Numbered from the stretch's first letter, positions 50,973 through 61,679 are shown. The stretch is 64,000 bases of DNA from Terriglobia bacterium (GCA_963748015.1 CAVVHE010000008.1:32001-96000); one strand, 5' to 3'. Notes: generated by a model not told the origin, from the letters alone. Made by a program: numbers and translations.

Positions 50973-52775
50973 TCACTTCCGATTGAACGTGTACTCCCCG
51001 GACGGATCGCGCTGCTTCAGCGCCTTCACCGAGCCGTTCTCCACCACGAACTCGAAGACGACGTCCGAGAAGTCCTTGATCCTGAAGGCGAGCCCCTTGT
51101 GCGGCAGGAGCTCCTGATCGGGCTGTCCCGGGAAGACGAGGAACAGTCCGCCGCCCTCCTTGAGGACCACCGAGAACTTGAGACCGGTCGGCGTCTCGTA
51201 GGTTCCCGCGAGACGGGCCAGCATCGCGGCATCCACGGTCTCCGGACGGCGGGTGAAGACGGCCTCGGCCTCGTCGAGCGACATGGCCGCGCGGTCCACG
51301 TCCCCCTGCGGGCTCGTGAGGAAGTTCACGGACCACCGCCCGACCCGCTCGTCGTCGGGAGTGTCGAAACGGTCGTAGTGGAAGTGCGAGAGGGGAAGCC
51401 GGATGTTGTGGAAGTCGAACTGGAGTTGGCCGTCCTTGAGGTCCACCGCGAGCGTCCCGTAGGCCGGGTGCTCGTACTTCCCGGCATAGGCAGCCACGGG
51501 ATGCGAGGGAGTGGTGTTCGTCACGCGGTCGGCGCCTGCCTTGGAGCGCGCCTCCGTGCCGGCCTTCTTCCCCTTCGCGCGGGAGTCGAGACCGCGCTCG
51601 CTCCAGGGCGTCGGGCTCATGCCGAGAAGCCGCTCGTAGACGTTGAAGCTCACCGTGTTGTAGAGGCCCGCGCAGTGGTCGCCGATCACGAACACGATCA
51701 CGCCGATCTTCTCCTGGGGCATGAGCGAGACCTGCGAGTGGAACCCGTCGATGTCGCCGCCGTGGTACGCGATCAGGTGCCCCCGGTACGACGCCGTCCA
51801 GCGCCCCATTCCGTAGACGGAGTTCAGCAGCTCCCAGAAGCCCCGGACCTCGCCCGCCGTGTTGGGGAGCGCGATGGCGGGGGCCAGCGTCGCCTTCAGC
51901 ACCTCCGGCGGCAGGACCTGCTTCCCGCCGTAGTTCCCTTCGTTCATGAGGGCGATCAGCCAGTGGGACATGTCCTCGATGTTCGAGGCGATCGCGCCGG
52001 CGGGAGCGACGCCGGCCGTGTCCTCGTAGTACGGGATCCGGTAGATCTCGTACGAGTCGCGTTTCTCGGTGAACGGCACGCCGTGGTCCGGCGCCTTCGT
52101 CATCTCGGCGATCGTGTAGACGGTGGATTTCATCGCCAGGGGATCGAGGATCCGCTGGCGGACGAATTCCTCCCAGGTCTTGCCCGAAAGCAGCTCGACG
52201 ATGTACCCCGCCCCCGCGTACATCATGTTGTTGTAAAGGAAGAGCTGGCGCACCGGCTCCTTCGGCTCGAGGTACTTGATCCGCTCGAACAGCTCCTTGC
52301 GGGAGAAGTCCGACTTGTACCAGATCGTGTCGTGGCGCGTGATTCCCGTCCGGTGCGCGAGCATGTCCCGCAAGGTCACCGTGCGGTCGAGGTCGTCGTT
52401 GTAGAACTTGATGGTCGGTACGAACTCCCGGACCGGCCGGTCCCACTCGATCTTCCCCTGCTGGACGAGAAGCCCCGCGGCGACGGCCGTGAAGAGCTTG
52501 GTGTTGGACGCGATCGGGGCCAGCGTCGCCGGGGTGAAGGGGAGCTTCTTCTCGTAGTCCCGGTAGCCGTACCCCTTGGCGAACACCAGCTTGTCGTTCA
52601 CGACGATCCCGACGCCGACGGCGGGAGCGTTCCAGTCCTTGAGGAGCTTCTCCATGTACGCGTCGAAGCCCTGGAGCTTCTGCGCGATCGCCGCGTCGTC
52701 CGCCGCCGCGGCACCCGTCGCGGCGGCCGCCAGCAGCACCAAGCACACGAGCATCGTCCGTCGTCCGGTCCTCAT
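50973..52775 (-). CDS. Serine hydrolase (beta-lactamase family) with DUF3471-like C-terminus
   Basis: SNTK (SxxK), YNN, HGG; YAGKYEHPAYG; signal peptide. Confidence 0.9.
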   Translation of the reverse strand: MRTGRRTMLVCLVLLAAAATGAAAADDAAIAQKLQGFDAYMEKLLKDWNAPAVGVGIVVNDKLVFAKGYGYRDYEKKLPFTPATLAPIASNTKLFTAVAAGLLVQQGKIEWDRPVREFVPTIKFYNDDLDRTVTLRDMLAHRTGITRHDTIWYKSDFSRKELFERIKYLEPKEPVRQLFLYNNMMYAGAGYIVELLSGKTWEEFVRQRILDPLAMKSTVYTIAEMTKAPDHGVPFTEKRDSYEIYRIPYYEDTAGVAPAGAIASNIEDMSHWLIALMNEGNYGGKQVLPPEVLKATLAPAIALPNTAGEVRGFWELLNSVYGMGRWTASYRGHLIAYHGGDIDGFHSQVSLMPQEKIGVIVFVIGDHCAGLYNTVSFNVYERLLGMSPTPWSERGLDSRAKGKKAGTEARSKAGADRVTNTTPSHPVAAYAGKYEHPAYGTLAVDLKDGQLQFDFHNIRLPLSHFHYDRFDTPDDERVGRWSVNFLTSPQGDVDRAAMSLDEAEAVFTRRPETVDAAMLARLAGTYETPTGLKFSVVLKEGGGLFLVFPGQPDQELLPHKGLAFRIKDFSDVVFEFVVENGSVKALKQRDPSGEYTFNRK

Positions 52776-52876
52776 GCGGTCCCCCTTCGTTCGCCGTTGT
52801 AAGACAGGTCGAGTGCGCGCCGGTCGGTTCTTCACATCAAGATGTACGCAGTAGGGGAGCGGGAGGTTCACCCGCC

Positions 52877-53036
52877 GCCCGCGGTTGCCGGGGAAAGGCC
52901 GGGGGCGTCCTCGCCGGCCCGGACAAGGGCCGCCTCCCGCTGCCCGCGGTTGCTCGGAAGAGGCCGAGGGCGTCCTCGCCGGCCCGGAAAAGGGCCGTCT
53001 CCGGACGCCCTCGGCCTCTTCCGAGCAACCGCGGGC
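52877..53036. repeat. Structured intergenic repeat: degenerate partial copy (52877-52937) plus full hairpin copy (52942-53036)
   Basis: 34-bp perfect inverted arms at 52942-52975 and 53003-53036, enclosing a GGCCC-GGAAAA-GGGCC inner hairpin; tandem partial copy 65 bp upstream. Confidence 0.85.
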
Positions 53037-53044
53037 GGGAGATC

Positions 53045-54946
53045 CTAGGGCGAGAGGAGTGATTCTGCGTCCGGGGGAAGCTTGATTCCCAGCTCCCGTG
53101 CGCGCGCGAAGTGACTCCTCGCGTCGTCTTGCCGGCCCATTCTCCGGTAGAGCTCTCCGAGACGGTAGTGGGTCCGGCCCGACGCGGGCTCGAGCTCGAG
53201 GGCGACGCCGTACTCGCGGATCGCCTCGTCGTTGCGCCCGGTCGCCGCGAGGGCCATGCCCAGAGCGCCGTGGGCGTCGGGGTCCGCGGGGGAGTGCTCG
53301 ATCGCGGCCCGGTACTCGTCGATGGCCTTGTCGTAGAGCCGCTTCAGCGCATGGGTGTTGCCGAGGTTGTAGTGGGCGGGGGAGAGCCTCGGGTTGAGGC
53401 GGACCGCTTCCTGGAACTGCTCGGTCGCCTCCTCGATCTTCCCGGCGCGAAGCAGGAGAAGGCCGAGGTTGTTGTGCGCGTTCGCGTACCTCGGATCCAC
53501 GCGGATCGCCTCCTCCAGAGCCTCGGCGGCCTCCACGTTCTTTCCCTGCTGCACCAGGAGGAGGCCGATGTTGCTGTGGGCCTCGGCGATGTCGTGCTTG
53601 ATCGAGACCGCTTTCCGGAGGGTCTCCATGGCCTCGTCCGCCTTCCCCTGGGCCATGTACATCGCGCCGAGGTTGTTGAACGCCATCCACGCGCGCGGGT
53701 TTTCGGCGATGACGCTCTTCCACAGCGTCTCCGAGTCGCGGAAATTCCTCGAGTGGGCGACGGTCTTCCCGCCGAGGAGCGCCACCGCGAGCGCGAGGAG
53801 CAGGTACGCGGCGGCACGACGGGTCCCGGCTCCCATCGCGAGCGAGCGGGCGAGCGCGCCGAGAAGCGCCGCCGCCGCCGAAACCGCGAGGAGGATCCCG
53901 GCCGGCGACGCGACGTACTGGAAGTGGTCGGCCACCCAGGAGTACATCATCGGGTAGACGTTGAAGAAGCCGAGCGCGGGAAAGAGCGAAACCGCGAAGT
54001 ACGCGAGCATCGCGAACGCTCCGCGTCCGATCCTCTCCCTATAGCGGAAGAGCGCGACGAAGGCCGCGACGAGCGCCAGGGCCGGGAGCCACTGCAGCGG
54101 CTCCCTCCAGCCGATTTCCCAGCGCGGGTAGAAGAAGACCAGCTGGAGCGGCGCGACCAGCTTGTAGAGGTAGAACGCGATGATCCGGCCCGCCAGCACG
54201 AGATGGTCGAGCGCGGAGAGAGTCCACTTCTCGCCCGACGCGCCGACCCGGTGGATCTCGACGAAGACGGTGTTCAGGCCGAGTGCCAGGCCGGCCAGCG
54301 CGAAGGGGACGAGCTCCAGGAGGTGCTTCGGCCGGATCTCCTCCTTCTTCCACCACCGGACGACGAGGGGAAGCACGACGAAGCAGGCGGTCACCGTCTT
54401 GCTCAGCAGCGCGAGCAGGAACGACAGGAAAGCGAGGGCGTAGCTCCGCCGCCTCGCCGTCTTCCGATAGTCGAGATACGCGAGGATCGCGAGGAAGTAG
54501 AAGAGCGCCGCGAGGAGGTTCTTTCTCTCCGTGATCCACGCGACCGTCTCCACCTGGACGGGGTGGACCGCGAACACGAGGGCGCACGCGAAGGCCAGCG
54601 GTCTCGCGAGCCGCCGCAGGACGAGGTAGAGGAGAATGGCGTTCGCCGCCTGGAGCGCAAGGTTGACCGCGTGGTAGCCGAACGGATCGTTCCCCCAGAG
54701 ACCGCGCTCGATCAGGAACGACGTGAATACCACCGGGTAGTACTGCGGGGTCTCGTACGAGAACCAGATCTGGCGCAGCGCGTGCGGGCGCTCGAGCACG
54801 AGGTTGTGGGTGACGTAGTTGTCGTCGTCCCAGATGAACCCGTTGCCGAGCGACGGGACGTACACCGCCGTGGTCAGCGCGACCAGGATGGCGACGTGGG
54901 CTAGCTCGACCTTTCGGGCCGCGAGAAACTCCCGGAATCGGCGCAT
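53045..54946 (-). CDS. TMTC-like GT-C membrane protein with C-terminal TPRs (putative protein O-glycosyltransferase)
   Basis: FIWDD motif in first loop, HPVQVETVAWI, many TM segments, several TPRs. Alternative start 54985. Confidence 0.85.
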   Translation of the reverse strand: MRRFREFLAARKVELAHVAILVALTTAVYVPSLGNGFIWDDDNYVTHNLVLERPHALRQIWFSYETPQYYPVVFTSFLIERGLWGNDPFGYHAVNLALQAANAILLYLVLRRLARPLAFACALVFAVHPVQVETVAWITERKNLLAALFYFLAILAYLDYRKTARRRSYALAFLSFLLALLSKTVTACFVVLPLVVRWWKKEEIRPKHLLELVPFALAGLALGLNTVFVEIHRVGASGEKWTLSALDHLVLAGRIIAFYLYKLVAPLQLVFFYPRWEIGWREPLQWLPALALVAAFVALFRYRERIGRGAFAMLAYFAVSLFPALGFFNVYPMMYSWVADHFQYVASPAGILLAVSAAAALLGALARSLAMGAGTRRAAAYLLLALAVALLGGKTVAHSRNFRDSETLWKSVIAENPRAWMAFNNLGAMYMAQGKADEAMETLRKAVSIKHDIAEAHSNIGLLLVQQGKNVEAAEALEEAIRVDPRYANAHNNLGLLLLRAGKIEEATEQFQEAVRLNPRLSPAHYNLGNTHALKRLYDKAIDEYRAAIEHSPADPDAHGALGMALAATGRNDEAIREYGVALELEPASGRTHYRLGELYRRMGRQDDARSHFARARELGIKLPPDAESLLSP

Positions 54947-55015
54947 CCCGAGGATTCTATCCCGAGCACGGCGCGCGGTCGCCATCCGATGCGCTCCGCG
55001 CTCCCACCGCGAGGC

Positions 55016-55079
55016 CCGAGGCCGGAAGCGTTCCTCGCCGGCCCGGAAAAGGGCCGTCTCCGGACGCTTCCGGCCTCGG
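55016..55079. repeat. Third copy of the structured intergenic repeat
   Basis: 36-nt core identical to 52973-53008; 16-bp perfect stem with compensatory changes. Confidence 0.85.
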
Positions 55080-55136
55080 ACCCCGCTCGGTCGTCGGCCT
55101 GTGAGGGCGAGCGATTGCCGGGCCGAGCCCGCGGGC

Positions 55137-55236
55137 TACGCGCCCTTCTCGCCGGGAGCGGGGCGGTCGCGGAGCGAGCGGGCGATGGCCCACACGGTCA
55201 GGCCGACGCAGAGCACGAAGACGACGAGACAGGGCG
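55137..55236 (-). repeat. ~100-bp duplicate of the 3' end of the gene ending at 56779
   Basis: Near-identical to 56780-56881; encodes ...VVFVLCVGLTVWAIARSLRDRPAPGEKGA*. Confidence 0.9.
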
Positions 55237-55314
55237 CTCGGCGTCCGCCGGCGCGGATTGGACTACTGCGAGGAGGCAACCTAAGTTCTCTCCACGACGC
55301 CCCTGGAGGGTCCA

Positions 55315-56718
55315 TTGCGCTCGTTCCGCGACCTGCACGCCGGCGCGCTCGGCATCAAGCTCCTGGGAGCGATCCTGCTCGCATCCCTTCTGGCGGCCCC
55401 CGCGAAGGCCCCGGAGCCGCGCGCCCGGCGGGCGCCCGACATCGTGCTGGTCACGATCGACACGCTCCGGCAGGACGACGTCTCCTGCTACGGCCACCGG
55501 CACCCGACGACGCCGTTCCTGGATCGGCTGGCGAGGGAGGCGGTGCGCTTCGACCGGGCGTACAGCACGTCGTCCTGGACCCTGCCCGCGATCGTCTCGA
55601 TGCTGACCGGGCTCGATCCGGCCGTCCACGGGATGAACGACGCGACCACGGACGACGACGGGCGGCTGCTCCGTCAGCCGGCTCTCCCCGGGGATCTCGC
55701 GTTCCTTCCCCAGCTGCTCCATGCCCGGGGGTACCAGACCTTCGGGCTCACCGCGAACGAGCACCTGAGGGGTGATCTGGGCTTCCGGCGCGGCTTCGAC
55801 TCCTTCCTCGGCGTCGGTTTCAAATCGGCGCCGTCGCTTCGCGAGCCCTTGCTCGAGATCCGCCGCCGGATCGACCCGAAGCGGCCTTACTTCCTCTGGG
55901 TCCACTACCTCGACCCGCACCTGCCCTACGACTCGAACCTGCCCATGCTGCGCGAGTACCTCCCCGACGCCGTCGGGCCGGACCGCGCATTGCTCGGCCG
56001 AGTTCAGTCCGCCAACAACCCGGCGGCGCTCTCGGCCCTCGGTCCCGGGAGGGAGCCCGAGGTCCTCGCATACGCGCGAGCTTCCCACGACAGCGACGTT
56101 CGTTTCGTGGATCGTCAGGTCGCGGTCCTGTTCGATCTCCTCGAGATCGGGAACGACGACCTCGTGGTGGTCGTCAGCGATCACGGCGAGGAGTTCATGG
56201 AGCATGGAGCGTTCGGCCACGGACACACGCTCTTCGAGGAGCTGCTGCGGGTACCGCTCCTCGTGCGCCTGCCCGACGGTCGCGGCGCCGGACGGACGAT
56301 CGGGGCCCCGGTCAGCGTCATGGACGTGTTCCCCACCGTCCTCGAGGCAGCCGGGATCGAGCCGCCGCTATCCATCCAGGCGGCGAGCCTCCTGCCGTTG
56401 ATCGAGCGCGACGAGCCGGCGCGCGATCGCGTAATCCACGCGTCCACCCTGACGGACGTGGAGATCGACTCGCTGACGGTCGGCCGCTTCAAGTACATCG
56501 AGCCCGCGGGAAGACCCCGCGAGGCCATGCTCTTCGATCTCGACAGCGACCCGGGCGAGCACGCGAACGTCATCGCCCGGCACGCGGGGGAGGTCGAGGG
56601 ATTCCGTCGCGCCCTCGAGCGCCTGCGCGAGTCCTCTCGGCCCGGGGCACGTTCGAGCAGTGTCAGCGTCTCCCCGGAGCTGCGCGACGCGCTGCGCTCC
56701 CTGGGCTACCTGCACTGA
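55315..56718 (+). CDS. Sulfatase-like hydrolase (alkaline phosphatase superfamily)
   Basis: VTIDTLR, SWTLPAIVSMLTG, HYLDPH, SDHGEE, LRSLGY; TTG start with GGAGG RBS. Confidence 0.88.
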   Translation: MRSFRDLHAGALGIKLLGAILLASLLAAPAKAPEPRARRAPDIVLVTIDTLRQDDVSCYGHRHPTTPFLDRLAREAVRFDRAYSTSSWTLPAIVSMLTGLDPAVHGMNDATTDDDGRLLRQPALPGDLAFLPQLLHARGYQTFGLTANEHLRGDLGFRRGFDSFLGVGFKSAPSLREPLLEIRRRIDPKRPYFLWVHYLDPHLPYDSNLPMLREYLPDAVGPDRALLGRVQSANNPAALSALGPGREPEVLAYARASHDSDVRFVDRQVAVLFDLLEIGNDDLVVVVSDHGEEFMEHGAFGHGHTLFEELLRVPLLVRLPDGRGAGRTIGAPVSVMDVFPTVLEAAGIEPPLSIQAASLLPLIERDEPARDRVIHASTLTDVEIDSLTVGRFKYIEPAGRPREAMLFDLDSDPGEHANVIARHAGEVEGFRRALERLRESSRPGARSSSVSVSPELRDALRSLGYLH

Positions 56719-56778
56719 GCCAGATCTGGCAGCCTTCCGCCGGCCGGCCGATCCTCCTATGCCGTTCGCGGCGTCGCG

Positions 56779-57878
56779 TTACGCGCCCTTCTCGCCGGGA
56801 GCCGGGCGGTCGCGGAGCGAGCGGGCGACGGCCCACACGGTCAGGCCGACGCAGAGCACGAAGACGACGAGGAACAGGGCGAAGGCGTCCCACTGCGGCT
56901 TGACGGTCATGGACTCGGTGGCCCGCGCGGGGGCGAGGTACAGGCCGCGGAGCTGGTGGCGCGTGATCACCATCACGACCATCGCCCCGACGATCAGCTC
57001 GGCCGCGTGGCGCACGAGCCTCGGCGACTCGAGGGGATCTCGGATCCGGGCGAGCACCACGACGAGGCCGAGGGCGGCGAGGATGGCGAGGGTCAGCGGG
57101 ATCATCGTCGCGGCCCCGCCGCGCATGAACCCGCGGAGCACGTCGCCGGGCAGGGCGAGGAGCATCCAGATGCCGACGACGATCTGCGCGACCGTCGCGT
57201 AGAGGGCGGTCGCGACGCCGAACCTGGCCATGTCGCGGCAGAGCGAGGTCTCGTGGCCGGAACCCGCCCGTCGGACGGCGACGAAGGCGAGCAGGGCCGC
57301 CGCGAGGCTCAACGCGGCGAGCACGAAGTGCAGGAACCGCGGCAGGAAGCTCGGGTCGAGGAAGGCGGCAAAGGAGCCGGCGGCGACCGCTGGCCCAGCG
57401 CCCCGGCTGCAGCTGGAGCAGGTTCACGGCGACCTGGATCGCCGCGATGAGGAGGAAGCAGGCCGCCTCGAGCCAGAGCACCAGGGACGCCGCCTGGCCG
57501 TTCTTGAGACGGTGCTTGGCGACGTAGTTGAGGTAGTACGCCGACCGTGAGCAGGACGAGCATCCCGAGCCAGTACCAGGCCACCAGGATCGTCGCGGAG
57601 TAGAAGAAGCGCCCGAAGAGCGCCTGCAGGAACAGGAGCGGCGCGATCCCGAACGTGATGGCGAGCGAGATCGCCCAGGAGTTCGTCTCGACGAAGAACG
57701 TCCGCGTGTCGCGGCCGATGTCGCGTGTCCCCACCACGGCGGCCAGGATCGAGCCGCCGAGCACCGCGTTCATGAATACCAGGTGGATGAAGAACGTGAG
57801 GAGCCAGAGGGCGTGGAAGAGCCACGGCGGTCCCGGCAGGGGAGCGGGGTCGAGCGCGGGGATCGGGCTACCGGGCAT
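56779..57878 (-). CDS. CydA-related polytopic membrane subunit, partner of the upstream cytochrome (two +1 frameshifts at ~57541 and ~57391)
   Basis: Joined frames: TFFIHLVFMN...AITFGIAPLLFLQ...TVAYYLNY...PRFLHF...MVITRHQLR. Confidence 0.7.
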
Positions 57879-59233
57879 CGGTCACCTCCGTGGGTTTCGA
57901 CGACACGAGGCTCGCGAGGTAGGCGGCGAGCGCCTCTGACCTCCTCGTCGGTCCCGACCAGCGGGGGCATGAGCGGGTAGTCGAGCTTCCGGATGTCGAT
58001 GTGGTCGTCCGCCGACGTCGCGCCCCGGATGGCCTCTCCCTGGGCGTGCAGCGTGTCGAGGACGGCCGGCAGCCCGTCCACTCCCACCCGCCCGACCATC
58101 TTCCGGATCGAGAGATAGTGGCCGAGCGTATGGCAGGAGGCGCACTGCGCGCGGAACACCGCGCGTCCCTTCGATTCGATCGAGGTCCCCGCCTGGCTCG
58201 CGGCGAACGTCGCCTTGGACAGGCTCCCCTTCTGGTTCAGCTCGCCGATCTCGCCGACCAGGATGCCGTTCGAGAACATGAAATCCCGGATCACGAAGGG
58301 CTTCCTCGATCCCTCCCGGAGCCGCTCGTACGAACCGAAGAAGAGGAACGCCGCGATCAGGGCGACGACGGCGAGGGGCCATCGCTGCGCGCGCGGCACC
58401 ACGAGCTGCAGGATCGCGAGGAGCAGGAACGCCGTGAGCGCCCAGAGGGCCAAGTGCCGCGTCGTCGCCAGCGAGGGGAGGATCGGCGACGCTCCGCGGA
58501 AGATGGCCGCGACGGACTCGGGGAGCGCGGCCTCCCACCAGCGGTAGCCGCCGTAGGCGACGATCGCGCCGGCGACCGAGAAGCCCGCGAGGAGCCGGAC
58601 CAGCGAGGCGCGCGCCGCGGCGTCCCGCTCGCGCAGCGCGGCGAACGTCATGTAGGCGCCGGCGAGCAGCAGGCAGATCCCGGTCCGCAGGACGGTGCCC
58701 GGGACGTAGGACGGATTGAAGATGCCGTGCCAGAACGAGCGCGTCGCCAGCCAGCGCCCCGGCGTCAGCATGAACGACAGGATGCCCTGGATGATGACGA
58801 GCGACATGAACGCCGCGAAGGCGTAGAGCCAGATGATCAGGAGGTGCGTCCGGGGGCGCACCTTCTCCCAGGTCGCCCAGTAGAGCAGCGCGGTGACGAC
58901 CTCGAGGATGAAGAACCCCCACTCGGCCGCCCACCCCCAGACGTAGTTGTGGATCAGCGCGGAGGTCGCAGCCGGCTGCACGAGCCCGATCGTCACCCAG
59001 ATGCCGACGCCGCTGATCGCCCCGAAAACGGTCGAGACGAGGATGAGCATGAGCGACGAGCGCTTCGCGAGCTCGCGCAGCGCGGGATCTCCGCGGCGGA
59101 CCGCGAGCGTCTCCACGATCGCGATGGCGATGCCGCCTCCCACCGCGAAGTGCGAGACCAGGACGTGGGCGATGGCCACGATCCCGATGAGGACGCCGCC
59201 GCCGAGTGCCACGTCCCAGATCGGATAGTCCAC
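57868..59233 (-). CDS. Cytochrome bd subunit I (CydA)-like protein fused to a C-terminal cytochrome c (+1 frameshift at ~57937)
   Basis: HVLVSHFAVGGG, FGAISGVGIW, WAAEWGFFILE, SFMLTPG, ERLREGSRKP, CASCH, MPP. Correction gives ...EALAAYLASL...DAR*; AAAGGAGG RBS. Confidence 0.8.
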
Positions 59234-59325
59234 GAGCGCCTCCTTTCCGCCGGCCGGTCCGGACGGAGGCAGAGATTACCACCAGGAGGGAGCGGAATGG
59301 AGCACCCCGAAGGCGCGGTTCCCGG

Positions 59326-60959
59326 CTACTCCCCGGACGGCCGAGCGGGCTCTCCCGCGCCCCCCGGCGGGGCCAGACGGATCACCGTCAGACCGCCGAA
59401 ACGCCGCTCGGACAGGCGGCCTTCCGCATCGCCCGGAGCCGGGAGCTCGACGAATCGCCGGAGCGGCATGCCGGTCTCGAAGACGAGGGTCATCGCCGAA
59501 GCGCCGGCGTCGGGCGGGGTCTCGAGGTCGGGGAACAGCCGCCGGCTCCATCCGAACAGCGCGGCCGACGCCCGGACGCTCCCGCCGCTCTCGAAGATGA
59601 TCGGGTACTGGAACGGCGCGCTCGACTGGACGAAGCGCACGCCGCCGGCCCGAAGGTCGCCGAGCATTCCCTCGATGTCCGCCGCGGGGATCTTCCTCAT
59701 TCGCGTGCTCCCCGCCTCGTCCGTGACGAGCGTATCGATCCCGCCGTTCCGCAGGAACGTTCCAGGCTTCGTAGAGCCCTCCGAGCAGGAGGATCGCGAG
59801 CACGGCCGCGGCGCCGGCTCTCGCCGCGACGAGGCGGCCGGACAGGAGCGAGCCGATGACGCTCGCCAGGATCACCGCGATGAAGGGGTACGCCCCGATC
59901 AGGTATCCCGCGACCCTGAAGTGCGCCGCGAAGTAGGGGAGCGAGCAGGCGCCGAGGAACACGATCGCGTAGAGGACCCGGTCCTCCGGGCGGGTCTCGC
60001 CCGCTCCGCAGCAGGTGATCGCGGAGAAACCCTCCGACGCGGCGCCGCGCGAGCCACACGGCGAGTGCCAAGGCCAGGAGGAAGACGATCGCGTAGAGGG
60101 TCCCGGTCGCGCTCTTCTCGGGGTAGTACCACATGACCGTGTCGGCGCCGAAGAACCGGGGAAGCTCGACGAGGAAAAACCGCCGCGCGAGGCGGAGGAT
60201 CGGCACCTCGACGGGGGAGGGCTCGGCCGCCAGCTTTCGCGCCGCGATCTCCTTCCAGCTCGCCATGCCGTGCGTGACGTTGAACAGGAGGGCGGGGAGA
60301 TAGCCGGCGACGGCGCCGCCCAAGGCAGCGGCCGCCTGCCTCGGCGGCAGCGCTCGCCGCAGCAGCAGGAGGACAGCGGCCGTCCCCGCGACGGGAAGGG
60401 CGAGCTCCATCGCCCACAGCGAGAGCCCCGCGACCGCTCCGAAAGCGACGAACGGCCAGGGCGATCGAGGCCGGGTCTCGAGCAGCAGCAGGAAGAGGCC
60501 GAAGAGGATCGGGATCGAGAGAAGGTACGGGCCGTACCCGCGGACCTGGAAGTGCCACTTGAGCAGCGTCGGGGCGAGCGCGTAGATCGAGGCGGCGACG
60601 AGCGCCGTTCGCTCGTCCCAGAATCGCCGCACGACCGCGTAGAGCGCCGCGAGGGAGAGGAGCGAGAGCAGGACGATGCAGCCCTTGAGGGGGACGACCC
60701 CGGCTCCGAAGACGGCGAACGACGCGGCGGCCAGGTAGGCCTCCATGGCGGCCCCGCCGTTCCACAACTGCCCGGCCATGTAGACGGGGAAGAGGCGGCC
60801 CTCGAGGATGCGCATCCCCATGAGGCCGATGATCGCCTCGTCGCTGTGCACGTGCGTTTGCGCAAGGAAGAGGATCGCGAGGCGGAGCGCGGCGGTCAGC
60901 AGCAGGAGGACCAGGAAGGCCCGATGTCTCGTGACGAAGATCCACCCTGCCGCGTGCAA
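59326..60959 (-). CDS. GT-C (ArnT/PMT-like) membrane glycosyltransferase (two +1 frameshifts at ~60000 and ~59757)
   Basis: HSDEAIIGLM motif after TM1 and many TM segments; three ORF-track frames join by single-base corrections. Confidence 0.7.
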
Positions 60960-61047
60960 TGCCGAGTCCTCCGCGTCCGGCCGCCCGGACAGTGCCTAAG
61001 CCTGAACGATGCGGAGGCGTCCTGTCCAGCCCGCCGCGAGGACCCGC

Positions 61048-61607
61048 CTACGCTCCCGGCCAGAGAAGCCGGAACACGAGGCCCGTCGCGAGCGCGTAGA
61101 CGAGCGCATCGGCGATCCCGCGGAGGGAATTCGCCCAGGGGATTCCCTTCCAGATCGAATCCTGCAGGTAGCCGAACGCGTACCCGACCAGCGCGACGGC
61201 GCCGGTGATGCGCATGACCTCGAGGCCGGCGGTCCCGGCGGACAGCGTGTGCCGGGCCACGTAGGCGGCCGTGAAGCTGACGAAGAAGCACAGGAGGAGC
61301 CACTGCACGAGATTCTTCGCCATTTGGGGGGGCCGTTCGGAATGACCGTCAGCAGCGCGACGGGGCCGTCGGCGAACTTCTTCTGGACGGCCGGGTCCTT
61401 CATCTGCGAGTGGTCGGGGCAGTAGGGGATGAAGTACACCCCCGGCGCGGGATTGCCCTTGCGAACCGCTTCTCTTACGGCGTCCTCGTTGGACAATCCG
61501 CGGTAGTCGCGGTTGTGGTGTTTCAGGATCATGTGCGCGAGGGAGCTGAGGACGAAGACGGCGATCGCGGACACGACGACGGGGATCCACAGGCTTCCGA
61601 AGGGCAT
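61048..61607 (-). CDS. Conserved hypothetical membrane protein (one base missing at the G7/T3 run ~61325)
   Basis: AAGGAGGAGG RBS; MPFGSLWIPVVVSAIAVF...GVYFIP...NGPP|MAKNLVQW...DALVYALATG...LLWP. Confidence 0.75.
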
Positions 61608-61679
61608 GACGACCTCCTCCTTCCCGGCGTCGCCGGGGATTCTCGATCATACGGTCCCGCGCCTCGGGCGAGGTCCCGT

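Noticed and set aside
52877..53036. Possible CRISPR array
   Set aside because: Only two adjacent degenerate copies, no unique spacers and no cas genes.
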